Shown: piece by piece, positions 18,542 to 26,793 of the stretch
Layout of the letters: each line of letters starts with the position of its first letter
Position numbering within the stretch: the first letter of the stretch is position 1
From: Dethiobacteria bacterium
Lineage (GTDB): Bacteria > Bacillota > Dethiobacteria > DTU022 > UBA8154
Direction: 5' to 3'
Length of the DNA stretch: 64,000 nucleotides
Assembly: GCA_050942625.1 (NCBI GenBank)
Contig: JBMNNS010000001.1
Location: 8,891-72,890, forward strand
Program-made: the position numbers and the translations under genes
Notes under the pieces: generated by a model
What the model was told of the DNA's origin: nothing
Database searches by the model: none
The model's input: the letters and a program-made list of their open reading frames with translations, nothing else

Positions 18542-20083
18542 TCAATATTTCCGATCCAGGCTCCTATATTGGATGGCTTCTGCAATATGTTCAGAAGCTA
18601 TTCTATCCTCCCCCTCCAGATCGGCGATCGTCCGTGCTACTTTAATAATCCTGTCATGTGCCCTCATGGACAAAGATAAGGAATCAAAGACACGGCGTAA
18701 AAGGCTGCGAGCATCTTTGTCAAGGGGGCAAAATTCTTGCAGATGGCGGTGTGACATTTCTGCATTACAACTAATCCCCCTGTCTTTAAACCTGTTCCTT
18801 TGGATCTCCCGCACCTTTTCCACCCTTTTTTTAATTTCAAGAGAACTTTCAAGATGGCTGTCGTCTTCTATTTCTTTATATTCTATCCAGGGCACCTCAA
18901 CATGCAGGTCTATCCTGTCCATCAGGGGGCCGGATGATTTCATCTGGTAGCGCCGTATCTGTGCTTCAGTACAATTGCACTCCCGAAATGGATGCTGAAA
19001 AAAACCGCAGGGGCATGGGTTCCTGGAAGCAACTAACATAAAGCGTGCAGGGTAGCGCACGGTCATTTCCGCCCTGGTTATCGTGACCTCCCCATCTTCT
19101 AAAGGTTGACGAAAACCCTCCAAAACGTCTCTGGGGTATTCGGGGAATTCATCCAGGAAAAGGACACCAAGATGGGCTAAGCTTACTTCACCTGGTTGCG
19201 GAATGCGGCCTCCCCCCAGGATCCCGATGGGTGTAGCGGAATGATGGGGGGAACGAAAAGGCCTTTCGGTAATCAGAGGGTTATCCTCCTTAATTAGCCC
19301 AGCCACGCTATGTATCCTGGTAACCTCCAGACACTCCTCAAGGGTCATGGAAGGCAGTATGGAGGGTATCCTTTTTGCCAGCATAGTTTTCCCGGTGCCG
19401 GGAGGGCCGGTCAGAATTATATTATGCCCCCCGCATGCAGTAATTTCCAGGGCCCTCTTAACAGCCTGGTGGCCCTTAACTTCACTGAAGTCAAGTTTTT
19501 CCTTTCCATCTCCCCTGGCATAGATATCTTCAAGGTTGGCTTCAATATTGGGGAGTGCTATTTCACCCCTGAGGTAGGCAGCCAGTTCTTGTAAATTTGT
19601 GACACCCTTCACAAAAATACCTCCCACCAGTGAAGCTTCCAGAGCATTTCCCCGCGGGAGAATTAATTCCCGGCCGCCATTTTTCCCCAGGCTATTTTTG
19701 AGATAAAGGGCCATAGCAAGTGTTCCCGGAACTTCCCTTAATTCCCCGTCCAGCGAAAGTTCACCCACAAATACCTTTTGTTCCAGGGATAAAGGCGGCA
19801 ACTGGGAAGTTGCCACGAGGATTCCAACCGCAATTGCCAGATCAAAAGCCGAGCCGTCCTTCTTCAAGTCTGCAGGTGCCAAATTAACGGTAATACGTTT
19901 AGCGGGAAACTTAAAGCCGCTATTTTTAAGTGCTGCCCTGACTCTTTCCCGTGCCTCCTTGATCGAGGTAGCTGCTAATCCAACGATCTGGAAATTTGGC
20001 AAACCATTTGCTATGTCAACCTCTACAGAAATATCGTGTCCGTCTATACCTACAAGAGTACATGTGGGGACCCTTGAAAACAT
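18542..20083 (-). CDS. comM: YifB/ComM family Mg-chelatase-like AAA+ ATPase
   Basis: It is 513 aa. It has an N-terminal Lon-like domain ('TLVGIDGHDISVEVDIANGLPNFQIVGL'), a Walker A 'TGPPGTGKTM', and an Mg-chelatase-like C-terminus. Confidence 0.9.
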   Translation of the reverse strand: MFSRVPTCTLVGIDGHDISVEVDIANGLPNFQIVGLAATSIKEARERVRAALKNSGFKFPAKRITVNLAPADLKKDGSAFDLAIAVGILVATSQLPPLSLEQKVFVGELSLDGELREVPGTLAMALYLKNSLGKNGGRELILPRGNALEASLVGGIFVKGVTNLQELAAYLRGEIALPNIEANLEDIYARGDGKEKLDFSEVKGHQAVKRALEITACGGHNIILTGPPGTGKTMLAKRIPSILPSMTLEECLEVTRIHSVAGLIKEDNPLITERPFRSPHHSATPIGILGGGRIPQPGEVSLAHLGVLFLDEFPEYPRDVLEGFRQPLEDGEVTITRAEMTVRYPARFMLVASRNPCPCGFFQHPFRECNCTEAQIRRYQMKSSGPLMDRIDLHVEVPWIEYKEIEDDSHLESSLEIKKRVEKVREIQRNRFKDRGISCNAEMSHRHLQEFCPLDKDARSLLRRVFDSLSLSMRAHDRIIKVARTIADLEGEDRIASEHIAEAIQYRSLDRKY

Positions 20084-20103
20084 CTTTTTTCCCTTGCTCC
20101 TTT

Positions 20104-20367
20104 TTAATCTTCTTTATCCGGTGGGTGATCTATAAAATATTCCCGTTCAAGAAGTTCATGAAATTCATCCGGTACTGAGAAACTACGTTTAAACGGAGTT
20201 TTATCTTCAATAGCCAATTCAAGGACCAGATCATAACTACCGTCCTTATTTTTGCGTGGCCACCAAGCTTTAATTTCAACCCCATCACGTTCAATATTGG
20301 CTTGCGCAACATTATCACACCAGGTAAAGAAACGTTCTTGTTCATTATCCAGATACCCTACTAGCAT
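20104..20367 (-). CDS. Hypothetical small acidic protein (87 aa)
   Basis: An intact ORF with the RBS AAGGGAG 4 nt upstream of the ATG. I recognise no family. Confidence 0.4.
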   Translation of the reverse strand: MLVGYLDNEQERFFTWCDNVAQANIERDGVEIKAWWPRKNKDGSYDLVLELAIEDKTPFKRSFSVPDEFHELLEREYFIDHPPDKED

Positions 20368-20496
20368 TATGCTGCTCCCTTCTGTATGCAGAAATGGATA
20401 ATTTATGGAATACGCTTTTATTGTTATTCGTCAACAGGTTTAATATTTCCTTTACAATGGCTTTTCAATAAACCCGTTAGAAGATTTACGAAGGGT

Positions 20497-21273
20497 TTAT
20501 AAAGAGGCCGCCACACAAACATTACGGCCAATATCGGGAATATGGTGTAAACGCAGGTCCACACCATAAAGGGAGGATAAAAAGTGTTCGTTGATCAGTG
20601 TGTTGGAACTACCAAAGATGAATTGCCCGTTGCTATTAATGGCTGCCACCTCCCCGCCCAGCAGTAAGGCGTGATCGGGGTTGTGGGTCGTGATTACAGC
20701 AGCATATCCTTCGGCAGCCAATTTTTTTATGATCTTCAAGACCTTGATCTGGTTTCCATAATCCAGATGGGCGGTAGGTTCGTCCATCAATATTACCCTT
20801 GGTTTTTGGACCAGGGCCCTGGCTATACTGACCTGTTGTCTTTCACCCCCGCTGATCTGTGTATAGTACTTATGTGCTAAATGGGAGATCCCCATCTGCT
20901 CAAGTGCACGCTCTGCTAATTTATAATGTTCCCTTTTTGGTTTTTCGAAGGTGCCCAGCCTTGGTGCACAACCTGTAACAACATAGCTGAGCACCTCATA
21001 AGCAAAGGAAGGGACAATAAATTGTGGCACGTAGGCAATCTTGTTAGCAATTTCCTTTGCTTTCATTTGTATCAGGCTTTTTCCGTCTAACAGTATTTCC
21101 CCACTTTTCGGTGTAAGTAGATTTGCCATGCAATTCAACAGCGTTGTTTTGCCAACGCCGTTAGGGCCGATGATGCAGATAATCTGCCCCCGGCTTACGG
21201 AAAAAGAAATATCGTTAAATATTGTTGGGCCGCCAGCATAGACAAAACTAAGTTTTTTAATTTCTATAATCAT
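20497..21273 (-). CDS. ABC transporter ATP-binding protein (iron-siderophore/cobalamin FepC/FecE-type)
   Basis: 'GPNGVGKTTLLN' is Walker A, 'LSGGERQQVSIARAL' is the ABC signature, and 'ILMDEPT' is Walker B. The true start is the ATG at 21273 (MIIEIKKLS) with the RBS AGGTGGGG. The ORF-track N-terminal extension is spurious. Confidence 0.9.
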   Translation of the reverse strand: MIIEIKKLSFVYAGGPTIFNDISFSVSRGQIICIIGPNGVGKTTLLNCMANLLTPKSGEILLDGKSLIQMKAKEIANKIAYVPQFIVPSFAYEVLSYVVTGCAPRLGTFEKPKREHYKLAERALEQMGISHLAHKYYTQISGGERQQVSIARALVQKPRVILMDEPTAHLDYGNQIKVLKIIKKLAAEGYAAVITTHNPDHALLLGGEVAAINSNGQFIFGSSNTLINEHFLSSLYGVDLRLHHIPDIGRNVCVAASL

Positions 21274-21283
21274 TTTTCCCCAC

Positions 21284-22333
21284 CTAAAAAACATTTGTCC
21301 TTTGCCTGTACAATAACCACGCATAACAGGGAGCACCAATTACTCCTGTCAGGATCGAAAGGGGTATTTCTACCGTTAATGTAGCACGTGCAATTGTGTC
21401 GATAATCAGCATAAAGAGGGCACCTGCTACCACTGTAACCGGTATCATCTTAATATGATCAGAACCGACAAGCAATCGCGCCAGGTGTGGTATTACCAGG
21501 CCAATCCAGCCAATCGTTCCACAGACACTTACAGCACTGGCAGTTAGGAAGCTGGCACAGGCAATGGTGATACCTCTTATCTGCCTGACGTCCATACCAA
21601 GGGTTTTGGCCTCGACTTCCCCAAAGGAAAGGATATTTATGCGCCATGATAAACTTAGAAGTAGAAATGTACAAATTAAAAATGCGGGGCTAATGGCACC
21701 TACTTCCTTCATGTTGATGGGAGAAAAACTGCCCATTTGCCAGAATACAATCGTCGAAAGTTCGGTTTGTTCCTCGGCAACAAATTTCATTATGGCGAGC
21801 AGCGATGTCAAAAACCCTCCCACGATGATGCCCGAAAGCACAAGAACCAGGTTAGAATAATTCTTTAGCAATTTCGGAATTGTCGTAGCCAGCACCACTG
21901 CTAAGATGCCCCCCAAAAAAGCAAAAAATTGTCTTTCAACCATTCCCAGTCCAAGTAAAATAGCAGCAGCAGCACCTACGCTGGCTCCCGATGAAACACC
22001 AAGAATATCGGGGGAAATGAGGGGGTTTCTAAAGATCCCCTGATAAACCGCCCCCGAAAGAGAAAGCATCGCTCCAACCATAATTGCTGCCAAAACACGG
22101 GGTATTCTGATTTTAAACAGTGCTATTTCCATGCCCTCTAAGGGTTCATCAATGCCGGGCCCCAAACCTAATTTGCTGCTTATTTTATAACTAATGACCT
22201 GGTAAACGTCAACAGGGTTCGCACTCAGCCGGCCAACACAGATAGCCACCAGGGCAAAAAAACAAAGTAGAAACAACAAGATGAAAAAAGTTCGAAGGTA
22301 TATATGCTTGTTCATTATGATTTCCTTAATCAA
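21284..22333 (-). CDS. FecCD-family ABC transporter permease (iron-siderophore/B12 type)
   Basis: It is 349 aa with multiple transmembrane segments. 'RIPRVLAAIMVGAMLSLSGAVYQGIFRNPLISPDILGVSSGA' matches the FecCD/BtuC consensus. Confidence 0.9.
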   Translation of the reverse strand: MIKEIIMNKHIYLRTFFILLFLLCFFALVAICVGRLSANPVDVYQVISYKISSKLGLGPGIDEPLEGMEIALFKIRIPRVLAAIMVGAMLSLSGAVYQGIFRNPLISPDILGVSSGASVGAAAAILLGLGMVERQFFAFLGGILAVVLATTIPKLLKNYSNLVLVLSGIIVGGFLTSLLAIMKFVAEEQTELSTIVFWQMGSFSPINMKEVGAISPAFLICTFLLLSLSWRINILSFGEVEAKTLGMDVRQIRGITIACASFLTASAVSVCGTIGWIGLVIPHLARLLVGSDHIKMIPVTVVAGALFMLIIDTIARATLTVEIPLSILTGVIGAPCYAWLLYRQRTNVF

Positions 22334-22339
22334 AACTAC

Positions 22340-22375
22340 AAGGCTACCCGGGAAAAAGCCGGTAGCCTTGTAATT
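22340..22375 (-). other. Intra-operon stem-loop between the SBP gene and the permease gene
   Basis: The sequence is acaaggctacccggg-aaaaa-gccggtagccttgt, a 14-bp interrupted stem. On the minus strand it sits between the SBP stop codon and the permease RBS. Confidence 0.45.
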
Positions 22376-22393
22376 CGTTTTTGTTATGTTATT

Positions 22394-23641
22394 TTAGCTA
22401 AGTCCCAACTGTTTTGCAGTAAACTTCTTGCCATAAACAAGGTTGTAGAATTCATCTGCATTTTTCATTAAGTCTTCCAGGCTATAAAGCTCGGGATGGA
22501 GGCTGTATAACCCCCAACGCAAGCCCAGTACTGCGGATGCTGTCGGGTAATCCCATGGTTCAAGTTCGGAGGGGAACACATATACAGCTTTTTCCTTTAT
22601 TGCTTTTATGCTGCTCCATTTTGGATCCTTCAGGAGGTCTTCAACCGTGTAGCTTGCATACTTGGGTACCCAGATAATATCGGGATTCCAGGCCATGATT
22701 TGTTCAATATTGACATCTGCAAAGCCACCTTTTACATCTACCCCTTTAACTGCATTAGTGCCGCCGGCCATCTCAATAATATCCGTTTGTATCATTGAAG
22801 ATGTTGCTACAGAAAAGGGGCTGGAGCTTCCCAGAAACATAACGCTTGGACGGGTTTTAACCTTGGCAGCGATAGCCTTTGTTTCGGAAATATTCCTATC
22901 AATAAATGAGTTGATTTTTTTGGCCCTTTCTTCTACACCCAATACTTTGGCAACAATGGTAAGGGAATTTTTAATGGTATCAAAGCTTTCGGAATTCGGA
23001 AGAGCGACAACAGCCGGAATGCCGACATTTTCAAATTTTTCTACCTGTGTTTTGAAGCGCTCCGGCAATATGGCGACATTGTTCTTCCCCAGAGCAACAA
23101 CCGTTTCGAAATTAATGTTATTGCCTTTCCCGATCTCTACAATGCCTTCATAATCTTCCATTACAAAGTCATAAAGTTTGTCAGCCATTTTTTTGTTGCC
23201 AAAGCCGGCAATATACTTGTCCCCCCCGCCTAAAACGATAGCCGTGTTTAGCGATGGGTTATGTGTACCAAGGATCTTGCTTGCCGGACGATCCAATGTA
23301 ACTACGCGGCCGATAACATCGGTAACTGTAATCTTTGTTGATCCGGGAACCGGGGCAGGCTTGGGAGCCGGGGCAGGCTTGGGAGCCGGGGCCGGTGTTG
23401 GGGCTGGAGCCGGAGTTGCTTTTTGATCCGGAATGATCAGTTTTTGTCCAACAAAGATCAAATTGGGATTTTTAAGGTTATTCTTTTTGGCAATGGTGGT
23501 GTAGGGCACACCATAGTTCTTGCCGATCCTCCAGAGGCAGTCTCCTTTTTTTACAACGTACGTAGTATCTGCCGCCAATACCGTTCCCATACATAATAAG
23601 AGCAGAACCACAACTAAAAGCGCACTAATTATTTTTTTCAT
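22394..23641 (-). CDS. Secreted LysM-domain / class III periplasmic-binding-protein fusion (substrate-binding component of the ABC importer)
   Basis: A signal peptide (MKKIISALLVVVLLLLCMGTVLA^AD) is followed by a LysM domain ('YVVKKGDCLWRIGKNYGVPYTTIAKKNNLKNPNLIFVGQKLIIP'). Next comes a Pro-Ala linker (TPAPAPTPAPAPKPAPAPKPAPVPG), then a FecB/FhuD-like binding domain of about 300 aa. Confidence 0.85.
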   Translation of the reverse strand: MKKIISALLVVVLLLLCMGTVLAADTTYVVKKGDCLWRIGKNYGVPYTTIAKKNNLKNPNLIFVGQKLIIPDQKATPAPAPTPAPAPKPAPAPKPAPVPGSTKITVTDVIGRVVTLDRPASKILGTHNPSLNTAIVLGGGDKYIAGFGNKKMADKLYDFVMEDYEGIVEIGKGNNINFETVVALGKNNVAILPERFKTQVEKFENVGIPAVVALPNSESFDTIKNSLTIVAKVLGVEERAKKINSFIDRNISETKAIAAKVKTRPSVMFLGSSSPFSVATSSMIQTDIIEMAGGTNAVKGVDVKGGFADVNIEQIMAWNPDIIWVPKYASYTVEDLLKDPKWSSIKAIKEKAVYVFPSELEPWDYPTASAVLGLRWGLYSLHPELYSLEDLMKNADEFYNLVYGKKFTAKQLGLS

Positions 23642-23670
23642 CCATTTTCCTCCTTGTATACTTTATATGC

Positions 23671-23692
23671 CGTGGGAAAAATACTCGTACTT
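23671..23692. promoter_or_regulatory. Operator-like motif copy 1 (GTGGGAAAAATACTCGTAC) overlapping the ABC-importer promoter
   Basis: It lies between the putative -35 and the -10 (TATAAA) of the minus-strand promoter. That promoter is followed by AAGGAGG and the SBP start codon. Confidence 0.4.
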
Positions 23693-23885
23693 TTTGAATA
23701 AGTTATCACTTCCCTGCTACAAATTTTTAAATTGCCGGCTATGTATGCCCAAGCATATCTCTTTTAATTATAAACCAAGATAAAATTGATTTCAAGAAAA
23801 TAATTCCTTTTTGGAGGTATTTAAAGAAAGATAAAATAAGCTGGACAGGGATATAGACAAAGTATAATTTTTTGCCGGATTGACT

Positions 23886-23905
23886 GTGGGAAAAAGTACG
23901 TAAAA
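23886..23905. promoter_or_regulatory. Operator-like motif copy 2 (GTGGGAAAAAGTACGTA)
   Basis: It is about 110 nt upstream of the citrate synthase ATG and adjacent to a TTGACT hexamer. Confidence 0.35.
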
Positions 23906-23962
23906 AAAGTCTGGCAAAAAACAATACTCTAAAAAGTCATTATAGCAAAACTTATTTTTTAT

Positions 23963-23992
23963 ATGACAAAGCCAGAAAATCAATGATATAAT
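23963..23992 (+). promoter_or_regulatory. Candidate sigma-A promoter of the citrate synthase gene
   Basis: The sequence reads ATGACA, then an 18-nt spacer, then TGaTATAAT (an extended -10). It is about 20 nt upstream of the start codon. Confidence 0.45.
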
Positions 23993-24010
23993 GGAAGAGA
24001 TTATGGAATA

Positions 24011-25444
24011 ATGAAAGTGGTGAATAAAGTAATGAGCATCTGCTTTTCCAAAATAACGCCTGAAATATTAAAGCTTTCAGATTTATGTAAGAAAAATAGC
24101 AGTATTGATCCCTCTCTCTATGAAAAATATGATGTCAAAAGAGGATTGCGTGATTTAAGTGGAAAAGGTGTGCTAACAGGATTAACAGAAATTTCAGAGA
24201 TAGTTTCCACCAAAATAGTTGATGGGAAAAAAGTTCCTTGCGAGGGCAAATTATATTACAGAGGTATTGATATAGAAGAAATAGTAAATGGGTTCATTAA
24301 AGAAAATCGCTTTGGTTTTGAGGAGATAGCCTACTTGTTAATGTTTGGCGAGCTACCTAATAGCCATGAACTAGAAGAATTTAACCGCATACTTGGTAAT
24401 TACCGTTCACTGCCTACAAATTTTGTGCGGGATATTATTATGAAGGCGCCTAGCCAGGATATGATGAACACACTGGCTCGCAGTGTGTTAACAATGTATG
24501 CTTATGATGATCGTGCCGAAGACGACTCCCTGCCTAATGTTTTGCGCCAGTGTTTACAGTTATTAGCTTTGTTTCCGTTGTTGGCCGTGTATGGATACCA
24601 GGCCTACCGCCACTACCATGATAAAAACAGTCTCTTCATTCATACCCCTAAGCCTGAGCTATCTACGGCAGAAAATATTCTGCATATACTACGGGTTGAT
24701 AGCCAGTATACACCGCTTGAGGCCCGTATTTTGGACCTTGCTTTAGTGCTTCATGCCGAACATGGTGGTGGGAATAACTCCACTTTTACTGTTCACGTGG
24801 TAACTTCTACAGGAACTGACACCTATTCTACTATTGCAGCTGCGATTGGATCCTTAAAAGGATTCAGGCATGGCGGTGCCAACATTAAGGTTATCCAGAT
24901 GTTTGAGGACATGAAAAATAATATAAAGGACTGGACTAATGAGGCCGAAGTGGCGGATTACCTAACAAAATTATTGTGCAAAAAGGCTTTTGATCGTACC
25001 GGGCTTATATATGGCATGGGACATGCGATCTATTCCCTGTCTGACCCACGTGCCAAAATACTACGGAAATTTGTAGAAAGGCTTTCAAAGGAAAAAAATC
25101 GACTGGAGGAATTCCAGCTTTATTCTCTTGTCGAAAGGTTAGCACCGCAAATTATTGCTAAAAAACGACGCATTTATAAAGGCGTCAGCGCCAATGTCGA
25201 TTTTTATAGCGGCTTTGTCTACCATATGCTGGGCCTTCCCATCCAATTATTTACACCATTGTTTGCCATTGCCCGCATTGCAGGTTGGTCGGCACACCGG
25301 CTGGAGGAAATAATCAATATCAACAAAATCATCCGCCCAGCCTATAAAGCTGTTTCGGAATACCAGAAATATATACCTTTGAAAGACCGCGGTTTTCACC
25401 ATAATCATGATCCGGATAACAAATTAAGTATGGCAACTAACTAG
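24011..25444 (+). CDS. Citrate synthase (Si-type citrate/2-methylcitrate synthase family)
   Basis: It is 477 aa. 'LVLHAEHGGGNNSTFTVHVVTSTGTD' (the catalytic His loop) and 'GFRHGGANIKV' are citrate-synthase hallmarks. Confidence 0.9.
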   Translation: MKVVNKVMSICFSKITPEILKLSDLCKKNSSIDPSLYEKYDVKRGLRDLSGKGVLTGLTEISEIVSTKIVDGKKVPCEGKLYYRGIDIEEIVNGFIKENRFGFEEIAYLLMFGELPNSHELEEFNRILGNYRSLPTNFVRDIIMKAPSQDMMNTLARSVLTMYAYDDRAEDDSLPNVLRQCLQLLALFPLLAVYGYQAYRHYHDKNSLFIHTPKPELSTAENILHILRVDSQYTPLEARILDLALVLHAEHGGGNNSTFTVHVVTSTGTDTYSTIAAAIGSLKGFRHGGANIKVIQMFEDMKNNIKDWTNEAEVADYLTKLLCKKAFDRTGLIYGMGHAIYSLSDPRAKILRKFVERLSKEKNRLEEFQLYSLVERLAPQIIAKKRRIYKGVSANVDFYSGFVYHMLGLPIQLFTPLFAIARIAGWSAHRLEEIININKIIRPAYKAVSEYQKYIPLKDRGFHHNHDPDNKLSMATN

Positions 25445-25493
25445 GATATATTTAATTTAAGTTACCAATTTTAGCAGGTATACCTGAGAGCAT

Positions 25494-25548
25494 GCAGGGG
25501 CAGACGACCTTGTCTGCCCCTGCATAATTATCGTTTTTTTTGTTTTTT
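25494..25548 (+). terminator. Rho-independent terminator of the citrate synthase gene
   Basis: The sequence is gcaggggcagac-gacctt-gtctgcccctgc, a 12-bp GC stem, followed by ataattatcgtttttttttgtttttttt. Confidence 0.85.
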
Positions 25549-25579
25549 TTATTGTATTTTCTGAGGATGGAGGGGGTTC

Positions 25580-25807
25580 CTACCAAAGATAATTCAAATC
25601 GGGTGTTTTTGCCTCCCTGGTAAAGCCCATATTAGTGTTTTGTGCTATATGTTCATTGGCTATAATACGCCCCAAATTATACATATTATAGGCATATATG
25701 CTTTCTTTTTCGGTGGGCATGGAGTTGCTAAACTTAAAACCAACTAGAAAAAACGTCAGGGATAATAGGACCAAATATTTTTTTATGATGCTGCAATAAT
25801 TATTCAT
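25580..25807 (-). CDS. Hypothetical small membrane or secreted protein, apparently co-transcribed with sigG
   Basis: It is 75 aa with a hydrophobic N-terminus (YLVLLSLTFFLVGF). It begins 13 nt after the sigG stop codon. Confidence 0.35.
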   Translation of the reverse strand: MNNYCSIIKKYLVLLSLTFFLVGFKFSNSMPTEKESIYAYNMYNLGRIIANEHIAQNTNMGFTREAKTPDLNYLW

Positions 25808-25820
25808 CTATATCCCCCTT

Positions 25821-26591
25821 TCACTGCATATGTTTGCGTAATTGACCAAGTGCTGACTTTTCCAGCCTGGAAACCTGTGCCTGGGAAATGCCTATTTCTT
25901 CGGCTACCTCCATCTGTGTTTTACCACGGTAAAACCTGAGGGTTAAGATCAGCTTTTCCCTTTCATTTAATTTATGCAGGGCATCTTTGATGGAGATGAC
26001 TTCCAACCACTTTTCATCCTGATTTTTCTCATCCTTAATTTGGTCCATGATAAAAATAGGATCCCCACCATCATGATAGATGGGTTCAAAAAGTGAAACC
26101 GGTTCTTGCGTGGAATCAAGGGCAAAAATTATTTCTTCCCTGCTAAACTCCAATTCAGAGGCTATTTCATCCATGGTAGGTTCGCGGGAAAGCTTGTGGG
26201 CAAGCTGATCCCTTACTTGTAAAACTTTATAAGCAATATCTCTTAAAGACCTGCTAACCCTGATAGGCGTGTTATCCCTTAAGTAGCGCCTTATTTCACC
26301 AATAATCATGGGAACAGCATAGGTGGAGAATTTTACATTTTGTCCTAAATCAAAGTTATCAATAGCCTTTATTAAGCCTATGCAACCTACCTGGAAAAGA
26401 TCATCCACCAATTCGCCCCTGTTATTAAAGCGCTGAATAACGCTTAAAACCAACCTTAAATTACCAGTAACCAACTTTTCTCTTGCAAATGTATCTCCAT
26501 TATTCATTTTTGCAAACAACAAACGCATTTCTTTATTTTTTAGAACGGGTAGTTTAGCTGTGTTTACTCCGCAGATTTCAACTTTGTTCAA
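25821..26591 (-). CDS. sigG: RNA polymerase sporulation sigma factor SigG
   Basis: 'MNKVEICGVNTAKLPVLKNKEMRLLF...' is the characteristic SigG/SigF N-terminus. It has sigma-70 regions 2 through 4 and follows sigE. Confidence 0.9.
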   Translation of the reverse strand: MNKVEICGVNTAKLPVLKNKEMRLLFAKMNNGDTFAREKLVTGNLRLVLSVIQRFNNRGELVDDLFQVGCIGLIKAIDNFDLGQNVKFSTYAVPMIIGEIRRYLRDNTPIRVSRSLRDIAYKVLQVRDQLAHKLSREPTMDEIASELEFSREEIIFALDSTQEPVSLFEPIYHDGGDPIFIMDQIKDEKNQDEKWLEVISIKDALHKLNEREKLILTLRFYRGKTQMEVAEEIGISQAQVSRLEKSALGQLRKHMQ

Positions 26592-26793
26592 TGGAGATTT
26601 CCCCCCGGTTAAACTATTTGCTAAACCTTCCTACTACCTAGAAGTATTTCCCCGTTTTATTATTTTATACCGGAAGGGTTCATCCCATTTTACTACTTGG
26701 CAAAAAAAATGGAGTCATCTATGGCTCATCCATTTTTAAAAATGATCTAATACTGATATTAGTACTCCTATACTATTGCAAAACTTTTCCAAA

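Noticed and set aside
18483-18950. 155-aa plus-strand ORF
   Set aside because: It is antisense to the 3' end of comM. Its serine and leucine-rich composition is typical of reverse-frame artefacts.
23330-23410. Tandem 18-bp DNA repeat (ggggcaggcttgggagcc ×2 plus degenerate copies)
   Set aside because: It is coding sequence for the PAPAPK linker. It has two or three copies and no spacers, so it is neither a CRISPR array nor a non-coding VNTR.
22662-23426. Plus-strand ORFs of 163 aa and 82 aa (the second with a GAGAGLGAGAG repeat)
   Set aside because: They are the reverse-frame image of the LysM-SBP gene. The Gly-Ala repeat is the antisense reading of the Pro-Ala linker codons.
26592-26793. 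AT-rich palindromes between sigE and sigG (for example ctaata...tattag)
   Set aside because: The stems are short and AT-only. This region is the expected sigma-F/sigma-G-dependent sigG promoter. I could not place CATnnTA or GnATR elements with confidence, so I make no specific call.
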